Source: Paramecium tetraurelia
Lineage: Eukaryota
Direction: 5' to 3'
DNA length: 64,000 nt
Assembly (NCBI GenBank): GCA_000165425.1
Contig: CT868660.1
Span: 62,001 to 126,000, forward strand
Position numbers and translations under genes: made by a program. Positions 15,760 to 30,638 of the stretch are shown here, in pieces; position 1 is the first letter of the stretch; every line of letters begins with the position of its first letter. Under the pieces are notes generated by a model. It was not told the DNA's origin and did no database searches. It saw only the letters and a program-made list of their open reading frames with translations.

Positions 15760-17119
15760 ATGTAATCAGACATTATTTTAAACAATGCTGTCATAAAACT
15801 AATTAGAGAATTTTAGGATAAGACGATCTATTTTAAATATTTTGTATAATACGAAAAGCCAACCTATTAAGTAAATATGTTTGACAAAATTAGAGAAAAT
15901 TATATGATTTCTGGGTGAGTACAATTGATAAGTTAACAGAAAACATTTTAAAAACCAGTCTAATTAACGTGCATGAACTTTAAAATCTGTTTTCATTGTT
16001 TGAATATAAACCTCAATGTATTGAAAATGTTTTGGCTCAAATGAGAAAGGAAGGTAAAATCGTAATGGAAGGCTATAGAACTAAAGCTGTCAATATCTTA
16101 CTGAAAGTTGAAAATGAGGAGAATGAAGATTTAACTACAAATAATACTCAACGCCTCTAAATTTTGTGGAACCCTCTAAAAAAGGTATTCGAGAAACTTC
16201 TAATAAAAATAAAATCTCCTACTCCCACTAAATGTCCTTACTTCTTTCATATCAAATATTTTAAAGAAAACATAATTAAATTTAAATAAGCAGTCGAAGA
16301 GGTCTCAATTAATTAATTCAACACATTTACTGCAAAATAATTAACGAAAGTAATAGATTTGCCACAACGAGAAATCTTATTTTTGATAAGTATATTTTTG
16401 GAGGCCAAACTCATTTAGAGTGTAGGATACTTTACTATAGATTCTATTAAATAAGAAGTTTTTATTTATAAATCAATGTGGCTTGTTGAGAATAATAATC
16501 TTGACTTGGCAAAAAATTAAACATTATTTTAATTGAAATGTATATTATATAGATATCATAGATTAAGAAATATTAAATTCGGATGAAAGAGAGGAATGCT
16601 ATAAGAGTATAGAATTGAAGGAAAAGCAAATAAGAAAGAAAATATTGGAGAAGAAATCCCCAAATGAAATTAAATTTCACATTGCTGAAAAACTTCAATT
16701 TGAAAAATGGATTGAAAATTACGAGCATAGATTATTAATTATGTAACAAAGTCAAGCTCGTTTGAGAAATGCTGACTCAGATCTGTAAATTTAAGATATC
16801 ATCTGTAAATATCATAATAATTATAATAGAATAAGTTAACCACATTCTAAAAAATAATGAAATTGACAACCTGACGTTATAAGAAAATCTTAATGAATTT
16901 ATGGACCATCGTCAATAATAAGAAGAAACCCTATAAATTATGAAAAGATATGAACCAAGTGAAATTGATACTTTGTATAACAAATATTTAGAGGAAAATT
17001 AATAGATGGATGCGAATAGTTTATAAAAATAAAATACTCATAACACCCCCTTTGTTCCATTATAACCATAGAACCATAATTATGAGTTGGAAGAAAGAAT
17101 TCTAGAGTTGTAATAATGA
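15760..17119 (+). CDS. CHMP7: CHMP7/Chm7-like protein (winged-helix N-terminus + Snf7-like helical C-terminus)
   Basis: After the intron at 15871-15893: RKLYDFWVSTI..ELQNLF..KPQCIENVLAQMRKEGKI, resembling the first winged helix of CHMP7. C-terminal half has Snf7-like charged helices. Introns near 16540 and 16805. Confidence 0.55.
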
Positions 17120-17144
17120 AATATTATAAATATTAATATCATAT

Positions 17145-17432
17145 ATGGATAAATCAGTGAAAATAAACGAAAAAGGAACTGGAATTACAGATTAAATTTA
17201 GAATGAAATAGTCACAATTGTTAAAAATGCCATTTAAGTGAATAAGCAATTTTTGGGGGAAGTTTGCAACCAAATTGCAAATGTTTTGTGTCAAAAATAT
17301 GGAGGATGGTGGTGTTGCTTTGTAACAGATAAAGACGCCAATTACGGATCAAGATTGTTTCATTTTGATCACATGTACTTAGATGCAACAATAGAATAAA
17401 AGCGATTTACTATTTTCAAATCAGCAAAATGA
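17145..17432 (+). CDS. Divergent dynein light chain type 1 (LC8-like), 95 aa
   Basis: QIANVLCQKYGGWWCCFV..NYGSRLFH..YL..FTIFKSA*, which follows the LC8 pattern (FDKKY.PTWHCIVG.NFGS.VTH..ILLFKSG). Confidence 0.75.
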
Positions 17433-17437
17433 TTATT

Positions 17438-19760
17438 TCAATTAATATCCAAATCAATTAATAAATTTTCTCTAGAGGTTGATGTGGCCATATTTTCAGA
17501 GGAGAAAAGTTCAGGCTCCAATTCAAAAAGAAGTAAGTTCATTCTAACATTTAACATATTTAGTGACAATTTTGGATTATTATAAAATATACTTATTTAA
17601 TCATTTTTTAGCACTTATAGGTCTTTTAACGCCATTACTTTATTTGTTTACTACTGCCGATTAGGGTCTTTATACATAATTTTGTTAATTGAATTATTAA
17701 GATTCATCTTATTGGAGATCATAAAACTATTATTAGTCAATAGTTTATCGTTTAATATCAGCTTAGTAATATTTTCCATCGGTTCCTTTAACCTAAGATA
17801 CACAGAAAAGCATTACCCTTTATTGATTGGTAGTGCTACAACTTAGACAATTAATGGGATATAGCTTCTTTGTGTTGATCCCTATAATTTAGTCAGTAGG
17901 AGGTGAGGCTGATTGTTAGAAGTTCATAGGAGACTTTTTCAATTATACTATAAAATGGATGTAATAGATTACCTTATAAGGCTTCTATTTCTCTCCTTAA
18001 ATAATTGATAGTATCCATTGCTTATCCTAATCTAGTTTCTAAATTAAATAATTCTCTCTTCACATCATCTTCATTGGCTTTGACTTTCACTTATTTTATT
18101 AATCCATTTATATCAACATCTCTAAATATTCTAGTTACTCTTCTTTCGATTTCATTCGCATTTTCAACTTTATGGCCAATGTCTTAAAGATCTTTTTATA
18201 TTTTTCTAATTTTATCATCTTCTAGATTGCCCTGTTATTGGAATTACTCAAACATTCTATTGATTTCATCTTTAGTGACATATTTAGATTCTTCTGGAGT
18301 TGATTATTATTGTTGTTATTATTATTATTAGTATAATTATGAAAAGAACTAGAAACTATCATAACGTGACTTGAATTCTGCATCAAGAGTCTCCCAATGC
18401 ACATTATTTCTGATCGACATTTCTTCTAATTTTTTAATGTCTCCTTCAAGAGTGCATATTTTATGAGGATCAATTTTAGATAATAGATAGGCTACATTTT
18501 CAGCATTTAAATTCATATCCTTTAATGCTTCAACTCTTTCTTTGGCTTCATCATTCAATCTTTAAATTCCATCTTCCAATTATTTAATTTTTTATCTATG
18601 TTAATCTAATTGATTAGAAACATCCAATTTATTTATAGCAGTGGCTAATCTGCTATTTAAATCAATTATCTTATCTCCTTATTATTTATTCTACTCAACT
18701 AATTTATCAATTAAATTGATTTTAGATTTTAATCTTGGAATATTAAGATAAATTTACAAGTCGTTCATTTCATTTAGTTATAATTTTAATTTGGATTGTT
18801 TTTCCCCTACTGTATCATCGATACCTTTGATTTAACTTCGAATGTATGCAATATCTTATTGAAATTTAATCAATTATTCGTTATTTTACATTTATTAAAT
18901 CTAGAATTAAATATTGTAATTTACTTCTTTCAATATTTTATCTTCACTAGTTCTAATAGCTTCATTAACAAATTCTTCATTTGTTCTTTTCAATAATAGA
19001 TCTTAACAATCATGTATTTTCCAAAGTGTTTTTCTTGAATTTAAACCAATTAAGCATACCTTTCAACATCTCTAACTGCCTCTTCAAATTTCTATATGTC
19101 TGTTGATAGTTTCTTTTCAACTGTGTCTAATTCTTGTCTTCCATTCTTCTATAAATCTTCAATCTGCTATTCTAATTGATTTTTTTATTTTCTCATCTTC
19201 TCTTTACATTCTTTAGTGTCAAACTTTGTTAACATGTCGTTTTCTAATTTTGTTAATCGTTAATCTTATCTCTAACATTAGTATCAATATCTACCTTCTT
19301 CTCTCGAAAGAGATGTTAAATCATTGAGATAACTGAAAATAGCTTTCCTCTCAATTCAGTTATAATTTTCTCTAAAGCTCCCTTTCCGAACTTTTACTTC
19401 CCTTATATTTGTGTAATGTATGTGCTTAATTAAGTTGATAATTCTTTCTCTATATCCTTGTCTGAAAACTACAATGAATCACTTAATAATTGAAACTATT
19501 CTTGAACCTAGATTATATCTAATTTTAACTAATAATATGATTTCGTTGGGTCCAAGTAATTTCTTTATGCCTTCAATTTCAACTGTGTGATTGTCAAGAT
19601 CAGCTTATACTCCTTCTAAAAATTGTTTCAAATGATCATAGTTAACATCCAGTTTAAATAATGACACTCCTTTTAAACTCAACTCATCTATTATTGTATA
19701 TTCAACTATACCTCCCAACTCTTTTCTACTTTTTGAACTTCCTTTGCTTTTATTATCCAT
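17438..19760 (-). CDS. Hypothetical long coiled-coil protein
   Basis: Starts MDNKSKGSSKSRKELGG..LFKLDVNYDHLKQFL. Extended E/K/Q-rich helices and a poly-Q run (~18305-18330). Several short introns; ends ..LIDLDIN*. Confidence 0.7.
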
Positions 19761-20743
19761 TTAAATTAATAATATAAAATAAATTTATAAATGAACCTTT
19801 GCTCCACAATTATAGGCAATTCAAAACACAGAACTTAAAAATAATTGTTTAAAGCAAGAAATACATTAAGTTATCAAAATTATTCATTGTTAAATTGTTA
19901 TTCATTTCTAGAAAATTGTAATTATCTCTAAAGGTGTAGAAAATTCTTAAAGAAACAAATCATATTTTATTTAGTTATAATATAAAGTATAGAGAAACTT
20001 TCTACTTTATGATAATTAAGAACAACTAATTGATAAATTTCTATAAATATTGTAAAATAGTAAGTGATTGTAAAAATTAATATCTTTTCTAAAACCTTGA
20101 ATAATAACCAATCAATTTCTGATTTCAGCTAAATCTTTTTGACAGAATATCAGTTATATTTTTAGATATTTAAATTCTTCTGATATTTTCCCAATATTTT
20201 TGCTTTTTGATCTTTTCAACAGAAAAATATTTATCGAACACACATTTATATAAACCCGAATATTTATTTAAAGTTCAGCTTATTCTTCTAATAATATGAT
20301 TGGATTGAAGTATAAATATAATTAGCAAATTAATATTTTGTTTGTTTCAGTGGAAATCTTGAATAATATAAGAATTCTTAAAAATATGACAATTTTTATG
20401 GATAATAAAATATATATTAAATGGTTGAATCATATTGCTTCGTTGCCGGATAATAAGATCAACTTTACTAATAGATATAATATCCAATAAAAATTATTTA
20501 TGATATACTGTTCAATAATTCTCTAACAAGCAAAAATCTTATTATAACTTATAACTTATATTTAGAATGAAATGCATATAATTATTATTCGATAAATTTT
20601 GATATGATCATTTTTTATTAATAGATAATAAATATATTAGTGGAGGGATTGAATAAAATTTTACTGCATCCATTTAGTAAGTATTTAATATAATGCATTT
20701 ATATAAATCTTATTTTATATTCTGTTCAAATAATTTATATTAA

Positions 20744-21846
<1,103 letters not shown>

Positions 21847-22107
21847 AATATATAAATATGTCATTTAATATCAATAATGTAGCTTGCAACTTTCCTCAAA
21901 CATAAATTCCGTACTATTTGCTCTAAACTTCTTATTTCATTTAGGAATATCAGGATTATCAAAATAATAGGAAGTGTCATAATCTAATTTTATTGAGAAT
22001 AGAACTAAGATTCATTTAAATGTTAAATTGTCAAAATCGATAAAACTATATTTATCATATTTAAATAATGTAATAACAAAGATTATTTATTAAATCATAT
22101 TAATTGA

Positions 22108-24951
22108 TCATTCTAAGCCCAATATCCAATGAAGTGTACTCAACAATTATTTACACAAAGGTTCATTATTTCCAATTATTTGTATTGTACATTACATGTT
22201 GGGTAAAACTATAAACTTAATCATATAATTTTAATTCACATTAGTCAATTCAAAAATTCCACCTAGTTTAAAGCTTATTTTTACAAAGTTTATAAGAAAT
22301 GTAATTGAATTATCTATCCCTAAAGTAATCCAATTATTGATCCTAAAATAATTAATAAGAGTTGAACTCACATAACTTTGGAAATATCCTAAATTGTATC
22401 AAATTAAATACTTTCTTAAATAGTTTCCTGTTTTCACTATTTTAGGATTGAGTATAAATGTTTCTCCTCTCAAAATTTATGTTTTCTTTTATCTCCATTT
22501 TGTTCTAAAAATTTACAGGCTGATATCTTTGAAATCCATAAATGAAACTAAAGTGGTTGTTAAAAAGAAATTTGATGATATTTATTTGTTTGCCCATTGA
22601 GCTAATCATAAATCAATAATAATTTATTACAAGCAAATAATACATTTACTAATCTATAATTTTCATACTATTTAAAAATTCCTATTACTTCCTATTATAT
22701 TTGTTGCCCTGCTTCGATTTTATCTACCATCTTATCTGGTTTTAACCACATCGAAAATTCTTAGAAATACTAATAATATGTACATTTACTATCTCCTTCA
22801 AATTGTATTTTACAGCTATCAAAGTTAGATTGAGTTTTATTGCCAATATATAAGGTTAGTTTTAAATAGATTTTCTCTTTCAAAGGAACATATTGTAATT
22901 CTTATTTAATCCCGACTTAAAGTTATGGAGAGTTTACTAATGTTGCTCTACCCTTTATAGTGGCTATTTTGAAACGTTTCTTTTGAGATTCTGTTAAACC
23001 ATACATATGTAATAACTCAAATTAAGTATTATCATATTTGACAAATTTACCAATATATTATTTTATAGGTATTTATTGATCCATTTTTAAAGGGAAAAAT
23101 GATTAAGTTAAAGTAGATTGACTCAATCCATCGAAATTTTCATCAAATTCCTTTCTTTTTCCAATATTAGAGGTTATATGATTCATTGGAAGTTATTCTC
23201 TTGTATTTTAATCATGAAACTATTAGAAATTATTATTATTTTATTCAAATTAGTTTGCATAAGCCTATTTTTATTACTAATTAACTGTAGAATACATATA
23301 ATTAGTATTAATTATTCCATTTTATTATTAATTAGCTGATTTTTTTTATTAAAATGACGATTCCATAAATGATTAAGCTTATTATTATTATTTTTAAGGA
23401 ATTGTATTTGATCCTAATTTTGTTAGTGTTATATATTACTAATTATCTGGATTAGGAGTTTGAAATTAATTGTTCCAATAATTTTCAATTTCCTTCTGTT
23501 TCATCTATGATTATTGTTATTATATTGCTTCTGATCTCTTTTATTCTGATTTTACCTGCTCTAATTTTAATTGTCCTTTTCTATTTTCTTCCAATCTTAA
23601 TTATTCTTATTTAACTTATTCTTATCTAATTTACTCGTATCTAATTTATTCTTGCTTTTCTTTTTCTTTTCTTTCATTTTCTCTTCTTTATTCTTCTGCC
23701 CTCGATTACTCCTATTTAATTTATTCTTCTCTAAGTTTTGCTAAATGTTAGTCTTCTTACTATTTATTTATTTCCAATAGTTTCTTTTACTCATTAAATT
23801 ATTTCTATTAAATTTAAGAATTTTGTTGCCACATTTTAGATTCTTCAATTGCTTTCTTCAACATTTCATCTTCATTTTAAAATTAGGATTAAAATTACTG
23901 AGATTATTATTACATTGTCTGCTTATATTATTAGGGAGGAGGATTATCGAAATCTTTATTTTATATTTTCTAAATGTGAGCCAAAGTCCTCTTTTTTAAT
24001 TAATTATAAGCATCGGAACTACATTCCTGTTCTAGAAAGGCATAATAATATATTTGGAATTTCTTAACGAAATCTTATAGAGCGTGTAGTTCTGCTAATT
24101 CATCTTCACTCAAAACACCTTCATATTCATTGGCCTTATAAATAAGACTTGCAAATTATTTTTCTATGAAGTTCATAGATTCACTTAAATTAACTAATAC
24201 TTCATTAATATATCCCATATCAAAATTATTAACCAATGTTTCATTGATCATTTCAATATCTTAGTAAATGGTTTGTTTGCTTTCATCTTAAGTAATAATT
24301 TGTAGTTACTTAATTTGAGCATAGTTTCATCTCTCTCTTTATTATTGTTTTGCTACTTTTGTGAAACAATGTTGGGATCAAGCGGTAAAATAAGACTTGA
24401 TTAAGGTGGAAATTTAACCTAATGTTTTATATGAAACATGTACTCCCATTTAGACTAATTCATCATATTAGATTTTAAATTTAGTAGGTGCTCCCTTAGA
24501 ATCCTTCGGAAATGTTGTAGCAAGGAACTCAACCAATTAGAGAGCCAAGTTTAAGAATTCAATACTTGATTGCGAATCTAAACTAATTTCAAATCGAACC
24601 TTGTCCATAAAATAAATCAGCACCTCGATTGAGATTGGAATCTCCTAATTTATGAGTACAGATATTTCCGATAAATGTCATCAAAGGTCTAGTTTAAATA
24701 TATTTGTTTATAAATTTGCCAGATTTTATGAGTATTGCATCTTTGATAAGCTAAGATAAGATTGAAAATACTCTCAAGATTAATAATTTCTTTAAGGGTG
24801 GTTCATTTGAATTAAAAATTTGGACAGCATATTCAAGAGTGGCATCGATTAATTCAATATCATTAGCTTTTAGTTTTTCAATAATTTTTTATGCATTCCT
24901 GTTGTAGGCTGCTTAGTCTTGAGTGACAGTTTGTAATTATATTTTTTGCAT
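22108..24951 (-). CDS. Putative trafficking adaptor: VHS/ENTH-like N-terminus, GAT-like helices, Q/E coiled coil, C-terminal alpha-adaptin-appendage-like domain
   Basis: N-terminal LKKLLILRLIKD..FKIQYDELVQMGV|FPP (VHS-type ending). C-terminal LKLTLYIGNK, IEAGQQIQQ, TTLVSFMDFKDISLQIFRTKWRQ and LGGIFEL..MIKFIVLPN..IQIIGNNEPLCKQLLSTLHWIL*, resembling the AP-2 alpha ear sandwich and platform. Confidence 0.6.
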
Positions 24952-24958
24952 TAATAAT

Positions 24959-26051
24959 ATGAATTAAATTTTGTAAATACCTCCAAAGTATTATGCAAAT
25001 TACAATAAGAGTCAACCAAAAGAATATTGGGACTATGATAATTTTGAGAATGAATGGGGAGTATCAACTAAATATTTAATTTTAATAGGATAGCGATTAA
25101 TATGAAGTGATAAGGAAGATAGGGAGGGGGAAATATTCAGATGTGTATGAAGGAATCAAATATCCTTAAGGAACAAGAGTAGTGATTAAAGTGTTGAAAC
25201 CAGTGAAGAAATAGAAGATAAAAAGAGAAACTAAAATATTACTCACAATTAGAGGTCATCCAAATGTGATAGAGTTGTCAGACATTGTTAGAGATCCATC
25301 GTCTAAAACACCATGTTTGATTTTTGATTACATCGATCATGTTGATTTTAGAAGTTTGTTCCCTAAATTAACTGATATTGATATAAGATTCTACCTTTTT
25401 GAATTAATTAAAGCCTTAGATTATTGTCATTCCAAAGGTATAATGCATAGAGATGTAAAACCACAAAATATAATTGTTGATCCGAAAAAGAAATTGTTAA
25501 AATTGCTTGATTTTGGATTGGCTGAGTATTACCATCCAGGACAAGATTACAACGTGAGAGTTGCATCACGTTATTTCAAAGGACCAGAATTATTAGTTGA
25601 TAATGTATATTATGATTATTCATTGGATATATGGAGCACTGGAGCAATGATGGCATCTATGGTATCTAATTTAGATAACTTTAGATCTTTAAAAAAGAAC
25701 CTTTTTTTTAAGGATAAGATAATTATGATTAATTAGTCGTGATTTCGAAGGTGTTGGGTACTGAAGAGTTACAAGCTTACATTAAGAAATATAGAATTAG
25801 ATTGGATCCTGTATTGGAATCTAAATTAGGAAAGTAAAAATAAAATCTTTGTTTAATAGTTATCCAAAGAAGGAGTGGGTAAAATTTATTAATGCAGAAA
25901 ATAAACATTTATGTAGCGATGAGGCTATTGACATTCTCTCAAGAATGCTTGTTTATGATCATGTAAAACTACTCTCTTATTTCAGGCCCTCAGAATTACA
26001 CCAAAAGATGCCATGGATCATCCATATTTCTTACCTGTCAAAGGAAAATGA
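24959..26051 (+). CDS. CK2A: Casein kinase II alpha subunit
   Basis: [78 protein letters not shown]. Four short introns. Confidence 0.97.
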
Positions 26052-26691
26052 TTATCATTGTTATTAAATTTATGATAAATAAACAATCATCGATCATCTT
26101 AACAGCTTGTTATCTTAATCGTTTAGCAGTTTTCTGATAGATTAAATTAGTCTTCATACATTTTTTGATGTTTCAGAGAATTGGAAAATTTTATTTAAGA
26201 TTCTTACTCTAATTAGAAAATATAATCTTAATAGAAATTCCTAATTCTGAATGCTTAAATCACAACCCAGGACTTATTTTTTTTCACTATTCTTAATCAT
26301 ATATCTTATTGTTTCATATTTGAACATAGTATTATAGTTTCAACCCTAAATCAATCATATTTATCACTTTTTTTCCATTCTAAATACCTCAAAATGATGG
26401 TTTTTTATTGCAGATTATACAAATTAATATGCATAGACTTTAGCAGTTATCAATAAACTATGGAAATATCAAGTAGTTATACTGAAGGGAGACTTCACCC
26501 TTATGTTTTCACTTTTCCTTGGTTAAATGCATTGTCAAAAAACATTAATATAAATAAATAAAATTATAATAGTTATAAATTTGATGAGATTGTAGATAAC
26601 AGAATAAAAATATTTAATTCTGAAGAATTCAAGTAAAAAAAATTGAATAATTATTATTAAAAATAACACGTTTTATTAATTTATTTAATTA

Positions 26692-27317
26692 ATGTTTTTG
26701 CTTCTTTTACTTTCAAACATTTAAGCACTTTCAACTGGATTAGATGGTGGTAAAGATTTATGTTTGGGAGTCTAAGGAAAGAAAACAGCATTATTTTAAA
26801 TCTCATTTGTAGTTTCCGGTTTCTAGGAAGACAATATTGAAATGAAAGTAAATTGAGAATCTTACATTTTAGTTCTATTCTCCAAGAAAAACTCTTTTGA
26901 AATCTAGTATAAAATAGAAGGAAGGCAATTACAAAGAAATAATGACAGACGATGGATAATATGAAGTTTGCTTCAAATCATTAGATAAATATTATAAATT
27001 GATTAGTTTTAATTTTGATTTCGTAGAAGAAAATGATTTGGCATTGGCAGGTAAATCATTATTTTATATGAATAGAAACTATGGATTAAATGGCTGAAGA
27101 TATGAAATAAGCTTATAGAAGTTTAAAGTCAATCTAAAATAATTAACATTATTAAAACGATAGAGAAAATGAACATCAAAGAATGTTAGAATCAACAGAG
27201 AAGAAATTATGGTGGTGTTCAGCTGGTAAGATGGGAGCCTTAATCGTGATATGCATTTCTCAAATATATATGTTAACAGGATACTTCAAAGGGAAATCAT
27301 TTGGTCCAAATGTTTGA
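26692..27317 (+). CDS. p24/emp24/gp25L (GOLD-domain) cargo receptor
   Basis: Signal peptide MFLLLLLSNIQA, two GOLD cysteines (DLCL, GQYEVCF), coiled coil ending ESTEKKLWW, TM ending SQIYMLTGYF, short tail. Two introns. Confidence 0.88.
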
Positions 27318-27342
27318 GATTTTTATATAAATTAATATATTT

Positions 27343-28981
27343 ATGGATTAAAAGCTAGATCATGCAAACATCATTTTGACTTAATTGGAGTCAGCGGAAA
27401 CCTTAAACTCTATGGAAGTAGCAAAAACTTTGTCTATTAACCATCAAGATCTAGTTGGTTGTCTTTTACAATTAGAGTCTGCAAATTATATTAAAACAGA
27501 GGTACAAAAATACTCTTAAATAAAAATAGGGATTAAAATAGGATTAATTGATCTTGACTGATGAAGGCAATACCATATTAAATTCTTAATCAGGAGAGTA
27601 TGAAATCTATTAAAAAATACCAGAAGCAGGAATATCAATGGTTGATTTATAAAAGTTATTTGGAATTGAATAAGTGCCAAAAGTTAAATAAGAATAAGGA
27701 GAAAAGAAAGAAAAATAAGCTGAAGATCCTAAAAAGAAATAATTTGATTTAGGTTTTGGAAACGCTAAGAAGATGGGTTATATTAAAATGGACAAAGGAG
27801 TTATCACTAAAATTGCCAATGATTTACCTGATAAAATTAAATTGGAATTGTCATCATTAAAAACTATTTAATTAGGTTCATAATAGGCTAAATTATTGAT
27901 TGAAAGGAAACTTGCTATGATTTCAACTATTAAGTATTTTGAAATCAAAAAAGGTATTAAATACGCTCCAAACTTCAGAGAATAATTTGCAGCTTTAACA
28001 ACAGAGTAATTATTAAGTGGAGAGTGGAAAGAGTGTGAATACAAAAGCATTAATTTAAATGCTGAAGGAGAAAAGAGTAATAAGTCTAATATTTATAATT
28101 CTAGTTTCTATGGGTAATTTACATCCTCTTTTAAAAGTAAGGAAATAGTTTTCATAAATATTGATTGGACTAGGATTTGAAGAAATGCCAACTAATCAAT
28201 TTGTGGAATCTTCCTTCTGGAATTTCGATGCTCTATTTTAACCATAAAAACATCCAGCAAGAGATGCTCATGATACTTTCTTTTGCAGTGATCCAGAATT
28301 GAGCGAAGAGGTTGATATAACTGTTAGAGATAAAGTGAAAGCTATGCACTAAACAGGAGGTGTTGGTAGTATTGGGTATCAATATGAATGGTCTCATGAA
28401 GAAGCCAGAAAAAATATATTAAGGACACACACAACTGCTGTCTCATCTAAAATGTTACATAGAATTGCATAACAATATAAGGAGAAAGGTTACTTCCCTA
28501 AGAAATACTTTAGCATTGATAAAGTTTTTAGAAATGAAACTTTAGATGCTACTCATTTAGCTGAGTTCCACTAAATAGAAGGTGTTGTTATTGACAAGAA
28601 TGCTTCATTGGGATAACTGATGGGTATAATTAGAGAATTCTTTAGGTAAATTGGAATTAATAAATTGTGGTTTAAACCTACATATAATCCATATACTGAA
28701 CCCAGTATGGAAATTTATGGTAATAAATATTAATAAATATTATAGGATATCACCCTGTTTTGAAAAAGAAAGTAGAAATAGGCAATTCTGGTGTATTTAG
28801 ACCTGAAATGTTGGCACCTCTTGGAATTCCAGAGGATGTGAATGTAATTGCATGGGGATTAGGATTGGAAAGGCCCACTATGATTTATTACGATATAAGA
28901 GATATAAGAACTATGGTAGGACCTGAAGTCAAAGTTGAAACAGTTAGATCAAATGCATTTTGTGTCTTTGAAAGTAAATGA
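27343..28981 (+). CDS. FARSA: Cytosolic phenylalanyl-tRNA synthetase alpha subunit
   Basis: [112 protein letters not shown]. Confidence 0.98.
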
Positions 28982-30638
28982 TATATTGTTATATAAATAA
29001 TATATAACAATAATCTGAAATAATCAATTAGTATTAAATTTTTATCTTCTTTCCTCCTTTTTTCTGTATTTATTTCTAATCTAATTACAAATATGTCGAA
29101 ATGAATTTGTGAAAAAATTGTAAATTTATCAGTTCCACCATTTGTTAACTACTCATAACAATTTAGACAATTCTATTAAATTCAAAATTTCTTTATTTAA
29201 TTTTGAATAATTTGCCATAAATTCCTAGTTTCTGGAAATATTATTTCAATTGCTGAATCATTTTTGATATTTTTACTAAACAATCTCGCTGAATCTAGAT
29301 TTAGGTGAACTATTGTTAAAAGGCTAACTAGTATACAAAATTAATAGCATTGTAATCAATTTTTTATTCATGAAAAATATTAATATTCATTTGATATTTT
29401 CCGAAGAATCAATTATAATTATATTTCTCTTGAATGAATTTGATAATACTTGACTATTTTCAAATTGTAAAATTACACATAAATGATAATTGATAGATTT
29501 TGGAGGTTGTACTAAAATTATTGTTTAACATAAATTGAGTTTATGTATAATTTGATTTCTGTTAATCAATAAAATGGATTTCATAATTATATTAGAATAA
29601 ATAGTAGAACGATAAAAAAGTTAGGAGATCATAGGAAAAACATTCTTAACATGATATTGTTATTTTTCCTAGAAAATCAGAAAAAGAATTTTCTGGAATT
29701 GCGTCAAAATTGTTTTTAATAATCCTTAGGTTTATTAAATAGAAATATAGATTTAATATTTATTATTTATGATTAACATTTAAACGCTCATTTTTGGATA
29801 GAATATTTACACTTGTCGTTTAAGCTCTTCCATAGTTCCTTTATTTAATATACTAAACTGTCGAATACTAATTAATTATTTAAATTATGGAATAATTTTA
29901 ATTATAAAATCTCTTTGTTGAGAAAAGATAAGTGTTATCAAATACAAGTTAATCATTTTAAGGGGTTAAAGAGAGATTAGGCAAATACCCTAAACTAGAA
30001 GTCAAAAAATAACACCTCAGGATAATTAATGGAGTTTTCAAGAAAAATATGTTCAATTCCAGGTTAAAATTTAATATCAATAATTGTATTTTCTTGTAAA
30101 TAGCTACTCCTGATTTCTCTGGCTGTTACTTTGGTTTCCAATTTATTTATTTTTGATTCTGCCATTTTACATAAATAAATAAAACATTAAATTAGTCGTT
30201 TATGAATTTAGGATCAAATTTTATCAATTAATAACCTGTTTTATTCTTAAACTACTAAGGTATTATTTGATCTAATGAATATTTAGCATAAATTATAATG
30301 TGCTGAATGAATTTTTAAGGAGTAAAATTTTATTTATAAAATATTAATTAAGCTAAATTTCCTAATTAATCAACTTAATAACAATTTATTGGGTTATAAT
30401 AGGGGATTATTTTATGATCCTAACGAATGGATTTATATAAAAAATATATTAATAGATTTTTTTAAAATAAATAATAATAAAATTTTCTTGTTGACATTTG
30501 TGTAATGATGGAAAAGAGAGATTAAAAGTAAAAGTTGAATTTTAAACAACGAAGATTCAAAGCTGAATAATCTTGAGCTTTATAACGCGAGATTAATGCG
30601 GGTAAAAAATATAATTAATAATTAAAAAGAGGCGGGTA

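Noticed and set aside
18300..18335. (TTA/TTG)n microsatellite
   Set aside because: It is a poly-Gln run (TAA/CAA codons) inside the minus-strand coiled-coil gene.
19790..20620. Possible plus-strand gene after the ATG at ~19790
   Set aside because: Frames close early and no motif is recognisable; it may be a decayed gene but I cannot support a call.
23500..23830. Pyrimidine-rich repetitive tract
   Set aside because: Explained by Q/E/R/K codons of the minus-strand coiled coil.
26060..26660. Possible minus-strand small gene
   Set aside because: Only short broken frames with no recognisable family.
29000..30600. Long gene-poor stretch upstream of MTA1, considered as retained germline DNA or a transposon relic
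   Set aside because: No terminal inverted repeats, transposase motifs or telomeric repeats seen; only fragmentary coding-like text.
30505..30638. Upstream ATG at 30505 as the MTA1 start
   Set aside because: That frame hits TGA after ~23 codons; ATG 30639 splices in frame into the gene.
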